Of a stretch of DNA of 32,000 bases, positions 1-9,035 are shown one piece after another. A model generated the notes under the pieces. The model was not told the origin of the DNA and did no database searches. It was given only the letters and a program-made list of their open reading frames with translations. The DNA is taken from NCBI RefSeq assembly GCF_030253515.1, contig NZ_CP124549.1, forward strand, positions 1 through 32,000, in the 5' to 3' direction. This stretch comes from Candidatus Nanosynbacter lyticus. Its GTDB lineage: Bacteria; Patescibacteriota; Saccharimonadia; Saccharimonadales; Saccharimonadaceae. A program made the translations under genes and the position numbers. How positions within the stretch are numbered: the stretch's first letter is position 1; each line of letters starts with the position of its first letter.

Positions 1-1347
1 GTGAATAGTCAAGCTATTTGGCAGGGAGTGCTGGGTGAAATTGAGGTTTCAATTCCGCCATCGTCATTTTCGACCTGGTTTAAGTCGACCGAGCTTGACA
101 TTATATCTGCTAATGAGGTGGCCGTCCTATCACCCAACCCCTTCGTGTTGACACAGCTGGAAAAACGCTACTATCAGCGCATCGCTGACGGCTTGAAGCG
201 AAGCGGCCTTGCGGTCTCGACGATTCATTTTCGACCCAAAAAAACAGCTGCTCGAAAGCAGCGCCTCAGCCGTGATGAACCAAATTCAGCGGCCGCCACC
301 CAACCGATCATCAAGCAGTCTAAAAAATCAGCAACCAACCTCAACCCGCGCTATACCTTTGACAACTTCATCGTTGGCTCGAGTAATGACTTGGCGCACG
401 CCGCCTGTCAAGCAATTGCCGCTAGTCCTGGCACCAAATATAACCCGCTTTATCTCTATGGCGGTTCGGGGCTTGGCAAGACCCATTTAATGCAGGCCGT
501 TGGTAACGAGATTATTAAGCGCCAACCCTCCGCCCGCGTGCTATATACCACCACCGAGACCTTTGTTAGTGAATTTCTCGACTCGATTCGCTTCAAGAAA
601 AAAGGATTTTCCGACAAATATCGTAACGTCGATGTCCTGATCGTTGACGATATGCAGTTTATCGCCAATAAGGAAAAAACTCAGGACGAGTTCTTTCACA
701 CCTTTAACGACCTACACCAAAACGACAAGCAAATTATCATCAGCTCTGACAAGCCGCCCAAAAGCATCCCTACCCTGACCGACCGCCTGCGCAGTCGCTT
801 TGAGTGGGGCATGACGATTGACGTGCAGATGCCGGATTATGAAACTCGCTGCGCTATCGTTACTGCCAAGGCCGGCCTGAGCAATGTCGAATTATCCGCC
901 GATGTCGTCGAATATCTCGCCACCAATTTCAAGACCAATATTCGCGAACTTGAGGGGGCGCTCAATCAACTCCTAGCCTACGCCGAGATGCAGAACATCA
1001 CGCCCGATACCGAAACCGCCGAGGGGCTACTTGGTAATATCAAGCGCTCTCGCCCGCAACATATCACCGCCAAGCAAATTATCGACAAAACTGCTCGCCA
1101 CTTTGGCGTTGAGGTCAAGGATGTGTGTTCACCAAAGCGCGATAAATACATCATGCAGCCACGCCAAATTGCCATGTACCTGCTGCGCAGCGAGCTCAAG
1201 ATGAGCTTTCCAAAAATTGCCCAAGAGCTTGGCCGCAAAGACCACACCACCGCCATTCATTCGGTTGACAAAATTAGCAAGGAGATGCTCATTAGCGTCA
1301 ACATTCGTGAACAAATTAACGACATCCGGGACAAGCTCTATGTGTAA
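1..1347 (+). CDS. dnaA: Chromosomal replication initiator protein DnaA
   Basis: The ORF starts with GTG at nt 1, so the window opens on the gene. AAA+ motifs are visible in the translation: Walker A GGSGLGKTHL, Walker B VLIVDDMQF, and the RSRFEWG arginine/sensor region. The C-terminal DnaA signature LGRKDHTTAIHSV (DNA-binding domain IV) is also present. Confidence 0.97.
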   Translation: MNSQAIWQGVLGEIEVSIPPSSFSTWFKSTELDIISANEVAVLSPNPFVLTQLEKRYYQRIADGLKRSGLAVSTIHFRPKKTAARKQRLSRDEPNSAAATQPIIKQSKKSATNLNPRYTFDNFIVGSSNDLAHAACQAIAASPGTKYNPLYLYGGSGLGKTHLMQAVGNEIIKRQPSARVLYTTTETFVSEFLDSIRFKKKGFSDKYRNVDVLIVDDMQFIANKEKTQDEFFHTFNDLHQNDKQIIISSDKPPKSIPTLTDRLRSRFEWGMTIDVQMPDYETRCAIVTAKAGLSNVELSADVVEYLATNFKTNIRELEGALNQLLAYAEMQNITPDTETAEGLLGNIKRSRPQHITAKQIIDKTARHFGVEVKDVCSPKRDKYIMQPRQIAMYLLRSELKMSFPKIAQELGRKDHTTAIHSVDKISKEMLISVNIREQINDIRDKLYV

Positions 1348-1393
1348 AACCTGGGTAAAACGTGCGCGTAACCAGCGACAAACTTGTGAACGA

Positions 1394-1608
1394 CTATCCA
1401 CTAATCTGGTTATCATCAAATGGGCTAAGCAGCATCACGTGGATAATCGGCGTCTTGTCCACGACACCATACCCAGCAAATCCACTATCTTTTCCACTGA
1501 CACAATACCACTACTACCCCTGTCCAAACACGATCTTTACCCAGTTTCCACAGTACCTATTATTACTAACTACTGAATAAAGATAAGAAAAAGGATTATA
1601 ATAAGAAT
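1394..1608. promoter_or_regulatory. Candidate oriC segment: DnaA-box cluster plus AT-rich stretch in the dnaA-dnaN spacer
   Basis: There is one 8/9 match to TGTGGATAA (CGTGGATAA, 1438-1446). There are six 6-7/9 matches to TTATCCACA, all in one orientation: CTATCCACT 1394-1402, TTATCATCA 1410-1418, TTGTCCACG 1455-1463, AAATCCACT 1478-1486, TTTTCCACT 1490-1498, GTTTCCACA 1544-1552. A roughly 79% AT stretch follows (1556-1608). These could equally be dnaA autoregulation or dnaN promoter boxes. Confidence 0.45.
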
Positions 1609-2709
1609 ATGAAGCTCACCGTCACCCAAGAAAACCTCGCCAGAGCCCTCGCTAATGTCGGGCGCATCGCCGCTAGTCGTAACGAACTGGCGATACTGAA
1701 TAACATTTTATTACGAACCGATGGCTCTCGGCTGGTCGTAGCGGCGACGAATCTGGAGATCGCCTCTACCCAGTATGTTGGCGCCAAGGTCGAGAGGCCC
1801 GGCTCGATAACTATCCCAGCCCGACTAGTGAGCGAGTTTGTCGCCAGCCTGCCAAGTGGTACGGTCGAGTTGGAGGTTAAGGACGAGCATCTACATCTGA
1901 CCGCAGACAAGTTTTCATCCGTTATTAATGGTGTCGTGGCGGATGAGTTTCCGGAGCTACCGACAGTGGATGAGCAGACGGCGGTGCGACTGGATATGAG
2001 TGCCGATGAGCTAAAAAAGGCAGTTTCGCAAACCATTATCGCGACGTCTAGTGATGCCACGCGGGCGGTGTTAACTGGTGTGTACTGGCATACCTATAAT
2101 GGTGAGTTGTGTCTAGCGGCCACGGACGGTTATCGGTTGGCGGAGAAACGGCTGATGAGATTTGACGGTGAAATTACCGCCATCGTGCCAGCATCGACAC
2201 TCCAGGAGGTGCTGCGGAGTCTCGATACCGAAACAAGTGACGTAAGTTTGTTTTTTGATGAAACACAGGTCGGGTTTCGGACGGATCACTTAGAGATCGT
2301 GAGTCGGCTAATCGATGGTAAATTTCCCGACTATCGTCAACTGATTCCTAAACTCGCCGAGACCGAGGTGGTAATTAGAAAAGCCGATTTCCTGCGCATC
2401 ACCAAGGTTGCCAGTCTCTTTGCGCGCGAATCGGGTGGCGGCATTACCCTCAAGGCTAGTCACGAGCAAGCGCTACTATCAATCCATTCAATTGCTTCGG
2501 AGCTCGGTGAGAATACCTCTGAGGCTAGTGCCGAGGTGTCGAGCGACGGCGAGATTACGCTCAATTCTCGTTATCTGATCGAGTCACTTGGCGCCACTGA
2601 TGGCGAGACTGTCACCTTCTCGTTTAACGGCAAACTGTCGCCATGCGTCATCCGCGAGCAGACCCCCACGCCAGATTGTATGCATATTGTTATGCCGTTG
2701 AAGCGCTAG
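1609..2709 (+). CDS. dnaN: DNA polymerase III beta sliding clamp
   Basis: A 366-aa ORF lies directly after dnaA, with AAGGA 13 nt upstream of the ATG. It has a clamp-like N-terminus (MKLTVTQENLARAL), a conserved ATDGYRLAEK motif, and a length consistent with three domains. Confidence 0.95.
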   Translation: MKLTVTQENLARALANVGRIAASRNELAILNNILLRTDGSRLVVAATNLEIASTQYVGAKVERPGSITIPARLVSEFVASLPSGTVELEVKDEHLHLTADKFSSVINGVVADEFPELPTVDEQTAVRLDMSADELKKAVSQTIIATSSDATRAVLTGVYWHTYNGELCLAATDGYRLAEKRLMRFDGEITAIVPASTLQEVLRSLDTETSDVSLFFDETQVGFRTDHLEIVSRLIDGKFPDYRQLIPKLAETEVVIRKADFLRITKVASLFARESGGGITLKASHEQALLSIHSIASELGENTSEASAEVSSDGEITLNSRYLIESLGATDGETVTFSFNGKLSPCVIREQTPTPDCMHIVMPLKR

Positions 2710-2710
2710 G

Positions 2711-3520
2711 CTAGTTGAGTGATCGACCGTCTTGAGTAATGGCAATTCGTCGACTATTATCGTAATCAATAGTGATATTGTAGGCTAATTTATCCTCAAC
2801 AGTAATAGTAAATGATAGCGTATTTTTTCCTGATGATGTATCACGTACGATATCTTTTATCGTTGTTTGTGTAGCGATACGTGATAGTTTGTGGTCATAA
2901 GAATAATCGCTCATGATTAGCTTCTCAATGTAGTCAGTGTCATTGCCGGTTAGTTGGTTAGATAATGAATTGCCGTACTGATCATTTTGGCCGCTCCAGT
3001 TGACAACTAGATACGGGCTTCGTAGTCCACGCATTCGTGAAAAGTCATCATTACAGCCAAAATAACCGTATATTAGCTGATCAGTTGGTAGGCATGAAAC
3101 GGTTGTACCATATTGATACTGGGCATCCTCGTCAAGATTGGTTTTTTGTGACCACGTATATTCGACAAGATACGATTGCTGTAGGCTTTTAATATCAACA
3201 ATGAAGTTAACGGTGTGGATGTCTTTCGCTTGATCATGAGTTTGCTTGAACGACCCGTCGCGGACAAGGATGTCTTTAATAGAGTTGTCCGGCAAATTGC
3301 CAGCGTAATTGTTACGGATGGCGGTATATAATGCGTGACGGATTGTTTCGAGGGTTTTAGCGTCGGTCGGTTTACCATTTGTATATGTACTGAGATTTTC
3401 GATATGCATTTCTCCACCAAGAGGGTTGCGTAGCAGTAGTATATAGGCAACCGTAGTGATAATAACAACACCAATAAACCCCAAGATAATGAAAATTAGT
3501 TTTTTATTATAGTGCAACAT
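2711..3520 (-). CDS. Bitopic membrane protein of unknown function (last gene of the T4SS-like block; candidate VirB8/TcpC-like)
   Basis: The ORF track gives 2711..3553. I prefer the ATG at 3520 (MLHYNKKLIFIILGFIGVVIITTVAYILLL), which overlaps the upstream gene by 14 nt. There is one N-terminal TM helix followed by about 240 aa containing two internally similar segments. GC is about 35% against about 50% for the window. The stop lies 1 nt from the dnaN stop (convergent). Confidence 0.7.
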   Translation of the reverse strand: MLHYNKKLIFIILGFIGVVIITTVAYILLLRNPLGGEMHIENLSTYTNGKPTDAKTLETIRHALYTAIRNNYAGNLPDNSIKDILVRDGSFKQTHDQAKDIHTVNFIVDIKSLQQSYLVEYTWSQKTNLDEDAQYQYGTTVSCLPTDQLIYGYFGCNDDFSRMRGLRSPYLVVNWSGQNDQYGNSLSNQLTGNDTDYIEKLIMSDYSYDHKLSRIATQTTIKDIVRDTSSGKNTLSFTITVEDKLAYNITIDYDNSRRIAITQDGRSLN

Positions 3521-4853
3521 TACCACCACCTCCACCTGTGCTTGCTCCAACATAACTTGCTACTGCCGACATGTCAACTTCTGGGTAGGCAAACTCATCT
3601 GGTAGGCGACCGAGCCACGCCTTTGTCTCGTTGATCTTACCTACGCGAATGAAACCAGATCCACCACCCGATTGTGTACCATCACCGCGCCCCTTACCGG
3701 GACCACTACAGCTCGCTTGGCCAACGATAACAGTATCACCGTGAATGCCGAGGACGACACCAGTATGTCCATACCGCCCACCGTTCCAGCTAAATATTGC
3801 TCCAACCTTTGGTGTTTTGCCGGTTGGCACGCGCCTATTGCTCCTTAAGTATGACACAACCGCCTCTCCATTTCCGGGTGTATAGACGCCTTTTGTAGAA
3901 GTGAACTTGTTTAAAAAGAATACAGAGAACGACACACAATTCGAGCCGCCACCATTACAATTATTCCACAGATAACCACCCATAGCCTTCTGGCTTTCAT
4001 TGTTCTTATTTTCGCCGTAATTCATCATGAATTTCTTTGCCTGCTCTTCGTTGAGGCCGCCTTCGGAGATGGTGCCGCCTCCACCTCCACTACCATCACT
4101 GCAGTTAGTAGCGGCACCAGAAGCTGCTGCGGCTGCGATAGAAGGATCTGGCTCCCAGCTCATGGCTTTGTTAGCATAAGCTGCGCGAATATCGGTTCGT
4201 GGGATACCAGCACCAAAGAACTTCTTTACCATAATAGAGGTTGCCTCGTTTACGTTGCCCGAGGCCGTCATTTCGGCAAGAACGTTTTTACGCGAGGTCG
4301 GTGCAAGATTCTGGAGCTGCCACCAGACGATAGCTAGTTGCACCTCGAGGCTGGTAACATCACCCTGGACGCCAGCCTGCTGTTGCCAATAAAGGACGGC
4401 TACGCCCGGGTCCCACTGGGCGATTCCCCAGGCATCACCCATACCAGCCGGTTTACTCGGGTTCCATGGGTGGTACTTACCGCCGGCCTTGAGCGGATTT
4501 GGCTCGGAGCCTTTATTTTGACGAAGAATTGGGTTACCTTTTGACTCCTGATATAAATTACCAACGATTGCTGCTGCAACAAACTTTGGCGCACCTTTGG
4601 ATATAAAGTAATTAAATGCTTTCTTTAGATTATCTTCGCCGACTAGCTCGCCTGCTGCCCCACTCGCTGACTGTGCAGCATTTGGTGAACAGTTTGTATC
4701 TTCAGAATTATTACTAAAAAGGATACTATTGTCTTCAAATGTCGCGCGCAGTTGATCGGTATTTAGTTCGGCAAATACCGGTGAGCTCCCAAAAAGCAGC
4801 GAAATAATTGATATAATAATAGCGACTCTTTGAAAGGCTAATTTTCGTTCCAT
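3507..4853 (-). CDS. Secreted two-domain peptidoglycan hydrolase (lysozyme-like N-domain + C-terminal CHAP-type cysteine peptidase/amidase); VirB1/CwlT analogue
   Basis: GAGGA lies 5 nt upstream of the ATG. The signal peptide is MERKLAFQRVAIIISIISLLFGSSPVFA. The N-domain motif AAAIVGNLYQESKGNP...GDAWGIAQWDPG resembles phage-tail-lysozyme-type muramidases. A Gly-rich linker follows. The C-domain has a Cys...His pattern (SNCVSFSVFFL ... GRYGHTGVVLG) typical of CHAP. Confidence 0.85.
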   Translation of the reverse strand: MERKLAFQRVAIIISIISLLFGSSPVFAELNTDQLRATFEDNSILFSNNSEDTNCSPNAAQSASGAAGELVGEDNLKKAFNYFISKGAPKFVAAAIVGNLYQESKGNPILRQNKGSEPNPLKAGGKYHPWNPSKPAGMGDAWGIAQWDPGVAVLYWQQQAGVQGDVTSLEVQLAIVWWQLQNLAPTSRKNVLAEMTASGNVNEATSIMVKKFFGAGIPRTDIRAAYANKAMSWEPDPSIAAAAASGAATNCSDGSGGGGGTISEGGLNEEQAKKFMMNYGENKNNESQKAMGGYLWNNCNGGGSNCVSFSVFFLNKFTSTKGVYTPGNGEAVVSYLRSNRRVPTGKTPKVGAIFSWNGGRYGHTGVVLGIHGDTVIVGQASCSGPGKGRGDGTQSGGGSGFIRVGKINETKAWLGRLPDEFAYPEVDMSAVASYVGASTGGGGGNVAL

Positions 4854-5317
4854 AATTTCCTCGCTCGCTCTCTCGCGTTATCCGGTAGTATGTTACCACC
4901 AGCTGCCCGCCACGCCTCCCTGCCGGTTGAATATGCGATGAGCTGTAAATTGCCGTGATCATCTTTCTTTAATATGACATATAATGTGCGCGATGGATTG
5001 GTAGTCGTAACATTGGCAGCAATTGCTTTCAGAAAAATCCACTCACTTTCGAAGTCAATTTTTTCGAGAAATGTTTGTCGCGGTGTTGTCGTAACTTGTA
5101 GGTTGGTAAAAGCAGCGGAAGCCGATTCGCGCAATGTTTTTTCTGGGATTGTAAGATTTTTAGTTGGTCCTGGGTTTAATGGAGTGTTGTTGCGGATAAC
5201 AACTAGAATAATGACGATTATCAGCGCAATCGCCGCGACGCACAGTCCGGCTATAATCGCCAACGATCGCCTATCGTCACGTGGCTGCTGGGAGTAATAA
5301 CTCATGTTATCTATCAT
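4838..5317 (-). CDS. Bitopic membrane protein, unknown function (T4SS-like block)
   Basis: The ATG at 5317 forms an ATGA overlap with the upstream stop, and GGGGAG lies 12 nt upstream. There is a single TM helix (LAIIAGLCVAAIALIIVIILVVI) followed by a domain of about 110 aa. The 3' end overlaps the next gene by 16 nt. Confidence 0.65.
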   Translation of the reverse strand: MIDNMSYYSQQPRDDRRSLAIIAGLCVAAIALIIVIILVVIRNNTPLNPGPTKNLTIPEKTLRESASAAFTNLQVTTTPRQTFLEKIDFESEWIFLKAIAANVTTTNPSRTLYVILKKDDHGNLQLIAYSTGREAWRAAGGNILPDNARERARKLWNEN

Positions 5318-5808
5318 AACGCTACTGGCTCCCCACTTGCGGTTCGAATGGTGATGGTGTTATCCGCGATAGTAAACTGCACGACATACGCGGTGGTGTT
5401 CTTAACGGTCACGGTGAATGATATTACCCTTTCATCAAAAACTACATTAGTGATCGCTCCAGACACAAGGGTATCAGAGGTCGCATGTTTACTTACGTAG
5501 TGGCGAAGAATCGCTGCAACGAGTGAATTTTGAGTGTCATCATTGATGAATGCGGCCAGTGTTTTATTGGCGCTATTCTTCGTATCCCACCCGCTGAGGA
5601 TCAACTGCTGTGTTGTTGGCTGGCCACTGCCGCCGGTTGGTCCCTCGTACTGTTTACCCTCTGATTGGTTGTTATTAGGCGATTGCGATGGGGCCGATGG
5701 GTTGGTGGGTGGTAGCAGTAGAATGACGACAACGACTGAGGCGGAGAGTATGATGAATGATAACGTAGCAATAATTGCTGTTTTGTGTGCTAAAAGGAAC
5801 TCTCTCAC
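5314..5808 (-). CDS. Bitopic membrane protein, unknown function (T4SS-like block)
   Basis: The ORF track start is the GTG at 5850. I prefer the GTG at 5808, which forms a GTGA overlap with the upstream stop and has GGAGGG 8 nt upstream. There is one TM helix (AIIATLSFIILSASVVVVILLL) and a P/Q/G-rich linker. The C-terminal domain ends ISFTVTVKNTTAYVVQFTIADNTITI, which is similar to the C-terminus of the 2711-3520 product. Confidence 0.65.
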   Translation of the reverse strand: MREFLLAHKTAIIATLSFIILSASVVVVILLLPPTNPSAPSQSPNNNQSEGKQYEGPTGGSGQPTTQQLILSGWDTKNSANKTLAAFINDDTQNSLVAAILRHYVSKHATSDTLVSGAITNVVFDERVISFTVTVKNTTAYVVQFTIADNTITIRTASGEPVAL

Positions 5809-8800
5809 GATGACCGCCCTCCAACTTTTTTCGGTCCAGTGATCACCCACATACCTGTTGTGCCATCATTCTCTTCATTTTTACCCTTGTCTGCCTTTTC
5901 ACCAAAGTGAAATTCGCTCGCCGCAAAGCCGGCTTTGTTTTCGGTGTTGGAGCGCTTATTCGGATCACCAACGAGGAACTTACCGTCAGCAGTTTTTCCG
6001 CGAATAAACATAATGTGACCACCCTGGATAAACGGTGTTTTCCCGCCAACTGATATAAGAACTAGGCCACCTTCGGACAGACCTCTTGAGGCATTCTCGG
6101 CGCTTGGCTGTACTTTCTTGATCGTAATACCGAACTTATCCTTAAATAGCTGAGCTTTACTTTCCCATATCCAATTCGAACCACAATGCTCACCACCCCT
6201 CTGGCCATCGTTTTGATAGAAAAACTCAGCCATTTTTTCTGGATCAACGGTTGTATTGCCGACAGTCGAGATGATAGCAGCCATAGAGGTTGGCGCACAG
6301 CCACAATCACCAATATTACCAATGCCGTATTTTTTATTCTTCCATGGCTCTTCTGACTGATAGTACATCTTAATTTGATCGAGATTTTCGCCGGTTTGGG
6401 AGTTTGAGGCGCCATTAGACTGATTACTGCCGACAAGCTCTTCGTCGTCTTCGCCGTTAATGGAATTTTGGATCTGATAATCCATTAAAAAGACGGAGAT
6501 GGCGGCGAGGGTTCTGCTGTCGGCGGTGTCAATTGAGCCAAAGTCGGTGTCGGCGCTTGTTTTGCCATTTTCGCTTTCGACAACAGGACGATAACCGCCG
6601 CTGGAGAGTTTGCCAGTAGTTTGCCTGGTACTAGATTCATCGAGAACGCAGCCGGTCATATTGGTCGAGTATTCTGCTGAGCTGACATCGCTACAAGATT
6701 CAATAAACGATTTTAGCGGCGTATTGTCTTTTATATATCCTTTACTGACCAATGCCTCAATGTCGTCTTCTTTTTCTATATCAACACTTTCATCAATCCA
6801 CCCAGCCTTTGCCAGGATCTCTCGTGCCTCCTCAACACCCATATCGTCCTGCTGTTTAGTGAAGCCCGTACACCCAGCGCCGGCAAAGTTCACTGCCGGG
6901 GTAACGTCGCGGCCATTAACCTCGGACTTTAAGCCAAAGTCTTCGGCATAACCACAGTAATTTGCCGAGTAGTTATCGCTCGCGTTGGCGGCGGTTCCAA
7001 ATGAAAGCGCCATTGCTGGGAGGTGGATGATATTAGAGAAGATTGATGCGAATGAATTATTATAACTACCAGACTGGAGCATCATCTGACGCAGGTTAAA
7101 GGTGAGGCTGCCGAGGAATGTGTGGCGACTAGAGGTGTCGAATGGGCTGAGTGAGGCGATGTCGTATTCACGTTGTTGTCGCTCGTTAGCGAGACGAACT
7201 TGATTAAAACTAGAGAGGCCTTTTTTAGACAATACCGGCAGATGTTTTGCTGAGTTTGCTGCTGCAAAAAATGCACCAGCCGATGTTCCGAGCATATCAC
7301 CAAACTCTTTACCCTTAGCATTTGCAATGTCATTATCGCCAACGATGGCTTTGAATATCGCCTGAACAGCTGCACTTGTGGCCGCTTTGGTTATTTCGCC
7401 TATAATGACAGAGGTAATCTGAGAGATTGCGAAATCACCCACTGCCTTGACAATACCGCCGATAAGTGTTGGCGCTGCTAGGGCTGTCGCTGCTGCATCG
7501 ACGGCCATGGCTGTGTACATAGCCTGGTCGCTCATGATGACGTTACAGGCGCCCTTGGTGGCATCTTTATATTGATACATCGCTTGGATGGCTGGATGAC
7601 GACGAACTTTAAGTCCGGGTGCAAATTTTTCAGATAGCGGAACTTTATTTTTATTGACACCCATAGCAGAGAGCAGGAGTGGTGAATCAAGGGCTGACTC
7701 GGCTTTGCCATTACTGCCTTTGTGGCGAGAGGTTAACATTGTGCCAACAAACTCCATACCAGCAGCAGTCATTGCGAAGCGCGGATCAAGGCCTGAAGCC
7801 TTTTGTTGTGATCCTGGTGAGAGAACGATATTAGCTATCGGTGGGATAAGTGCCGCCATTTGCGCTCCAGCGACACCGCCAACGATAAAGTCGGGCACAT
7901 GTCCAGCGATACAGGCACCTGTTGCGAGGGTATAGGCTGAGCCAGCACGCCGCGCACGCTTCAGTTTTTTGTCGGCATGCGTTTTGGCTTTGTTACCAGA
8001 CTCTTCGATGTCTGCTTGGTTTACTTTATCGTCAGCACGATATTCTTCAGATGGGGTCTTCTTTTTTTCACCGTCAGAACCGGTTGGGCTTTGATTTTGT
8101 CGGTTATTCTTTTTGTTTTCTTCGGCCCACGTGGCCGCTCCCCCGTTTCGCTTTATGCGCTTAAACTTACTAAAGAACTTTTTGGCGAGATATTTACTTG
8201 ACCAAACGCGAAATCGCATGTTAAATGCACCGGATCGACCAAGGACTTTGGCGGCAAGACCACGGTTTTCTTTAGCACTTAAAAAACCGGGCAAGTCTTG
8301 AGCCTTGATATGTTTACCGTCAACGATGAACTTTTCTGGGTTACCACTGGGGTAGCCAAGCCTTTTTAGATTAAGCGGTTTGCCTTTAGCATCGGCCGCC
8401 ACGACACCGTGCTTTGCGAGACGGCGTAAACCTTTATTTGAAATCGTGCCGGCCTTGCACTTCATCTTTTTACTATTGCAAACGCCGGGCTTTGTGATCA
8501 TATTCGCCAAGTTTTTTGCGAGACGTCGTTCAGAGACAACTGAACTAGAATCGTTGCCAAGAGTTAGGTTTTCCATGAGATTGATGAGCATTGATGCCGG
8601 ACCAAACACCGAAGCCAGTAGACCACCACCAACACCAAATAATATCATTAAACCAGCGATACCGCCGCGTTTTTTAGCAAGAGCGATGAGCTTAGCGGCT
8701 TGACTTTTGGGCATAGTTCGATTAGATTTTTCTGGTTGATAAAAACCACTTTGTGGTCCTTGATTTGCAGTACCATTCTCTTTGTCTGTTATTTTTTGTG

Positions 8801-9020
8801 CAGCACCCTCGATGTTGGCATCTCGATTCGCCTGGTAGCCGAACTGATCATTATCAAGGCCATCATCTCGTAGACTAGCCTCTATCTGGTCGAGCGCTGC
8901 TTGCTCACCAGCATTCAGTTGCTCCGATGAATCATCATGTAGCTCAAACGGGTTTGCTCGCCCATCAGCATCAGGATCGGTCGTGGTGTCAAATCGCGGC
9001 GGTTTTGTTGCTGTTGCCAT
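5805..9020 (-). CDS. Large (1071 aa) membrane protein with C-terminal papain-like (C39-like) cysteine peptidase domain; T4SS-associated
   Basis: GGAGG lies immediately upstream of the ATG at 9020. The N-terminus is acidic and cytoplasmic. The first TM is GGIAGLMILFGVGGGLLASVFG, followed by several Ala/Gly-rich hydrophobic segments. In the C-terminal approximately 135 aa (about 5961-6368), the motif NIGDCGCAPTSMAAII ... QGGHIMFIRG fits a Cys/His papain-fold peptidase. It sits directly downstream of VirB4, the position held by ConG/Orf15-type proteins in Gram-positive systems. Confidence 0.8.
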   Translation of the reverse strand: MATATKPPRFDTTTDPDADGRANPFELHDDSSEQLNAGEQAALDQIEASLRDDGLDNDQFGYQANRDANIEGAAQKITDKENGTANQGPQSGFYQPEKSNRTMPKSQAAKLIALAKKRGGIAGLMILFGVGGGLLASVFGPASMLINLMENLTLGNDSSSVVSERRLAKNLANMITKPGVCNSKKMKCKAGTISNKGLRRLAKHGVVAADAKGKPLNLKRLGYPSGNPEKFIVDGKHIKAQDLPGFLSAKENRGLAAKVLGRSGAFNMRFRVWSSKYLAKKFFSKFKRIKRNGGAATWAEENKKNNRQNQSPTGSDGEKKKTPSEEYRADDKVNQADIEESGNKAKTHADKKLKRARRAGSAYTLATGACIAGHVPDFIVGGVAGAQMAALIPPIANIVLSPGSQQKASGLDPRFAMTAAGMEFVGTMLTSRHKGSNGKAESALDSPLLLSAMGVNKNKVPLSEKFAPGLKVRRHPAIQAMYQYKDATKGACNVIMSDQAMYTAMAVDAAATALAAPTLIGGIVKAVGDFAISQITSVIIGEITKAATSAAVQAIFKAIVGDNDIANAKGKEFGDMLGTSAGAFFAAANSAKHLPVLSKKGLSSFNQVRLANERQQREYDIASLSPFDTSSRHTFLGSLTFNLRQMMLQSGSYNNSFASIFSNIIHLPAMALSFGTAANASDNYSANYCGYAEDFGLKSEVNGRDVTPAVNFAGAGCTGFTKQQDDMGVEEAREILAKAGWIDESVDIEKEDDIEALVSKGYIKDNTPLKSFIESCSDVSSAEYSTNMTGCVLDESSTRQTTGKLSSGGYRPVVESENGKTSADTDFGSIDTADSRTLAAISVFLMDYQIQNSINGEDDEELVGSNQSNGASNSQTGENLDQIKMYYQSEEPWKNKKYGIGNIGDCGCAPTSMAAIISTVGNTTVDPEKMAEFFYQNDGQRGGEHCGSNWIWESKAQLFKDKFGITIKKVQPSAENASRGLSEGGLVLISVGGKTPFIQGGHIMFIRGKTADGKFLVGDPNKRSNTENKAGFAASEFHFGEKADKGKNEENDGTTGMWVITGPKKVGGRSS

Positions 9021-9035
9021 ATGCCTCCAATTATA

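Noticed and set aside
1217-1580. ORFs 1217..1576 and 1362..1580 (+) spanning the dnaA 3' end and the dnaA-dnaN spacer
   Set aside because: They are out of frame with dnaA and cross the DnaA-box region. They have no SD, and their translations are compositionally odd.
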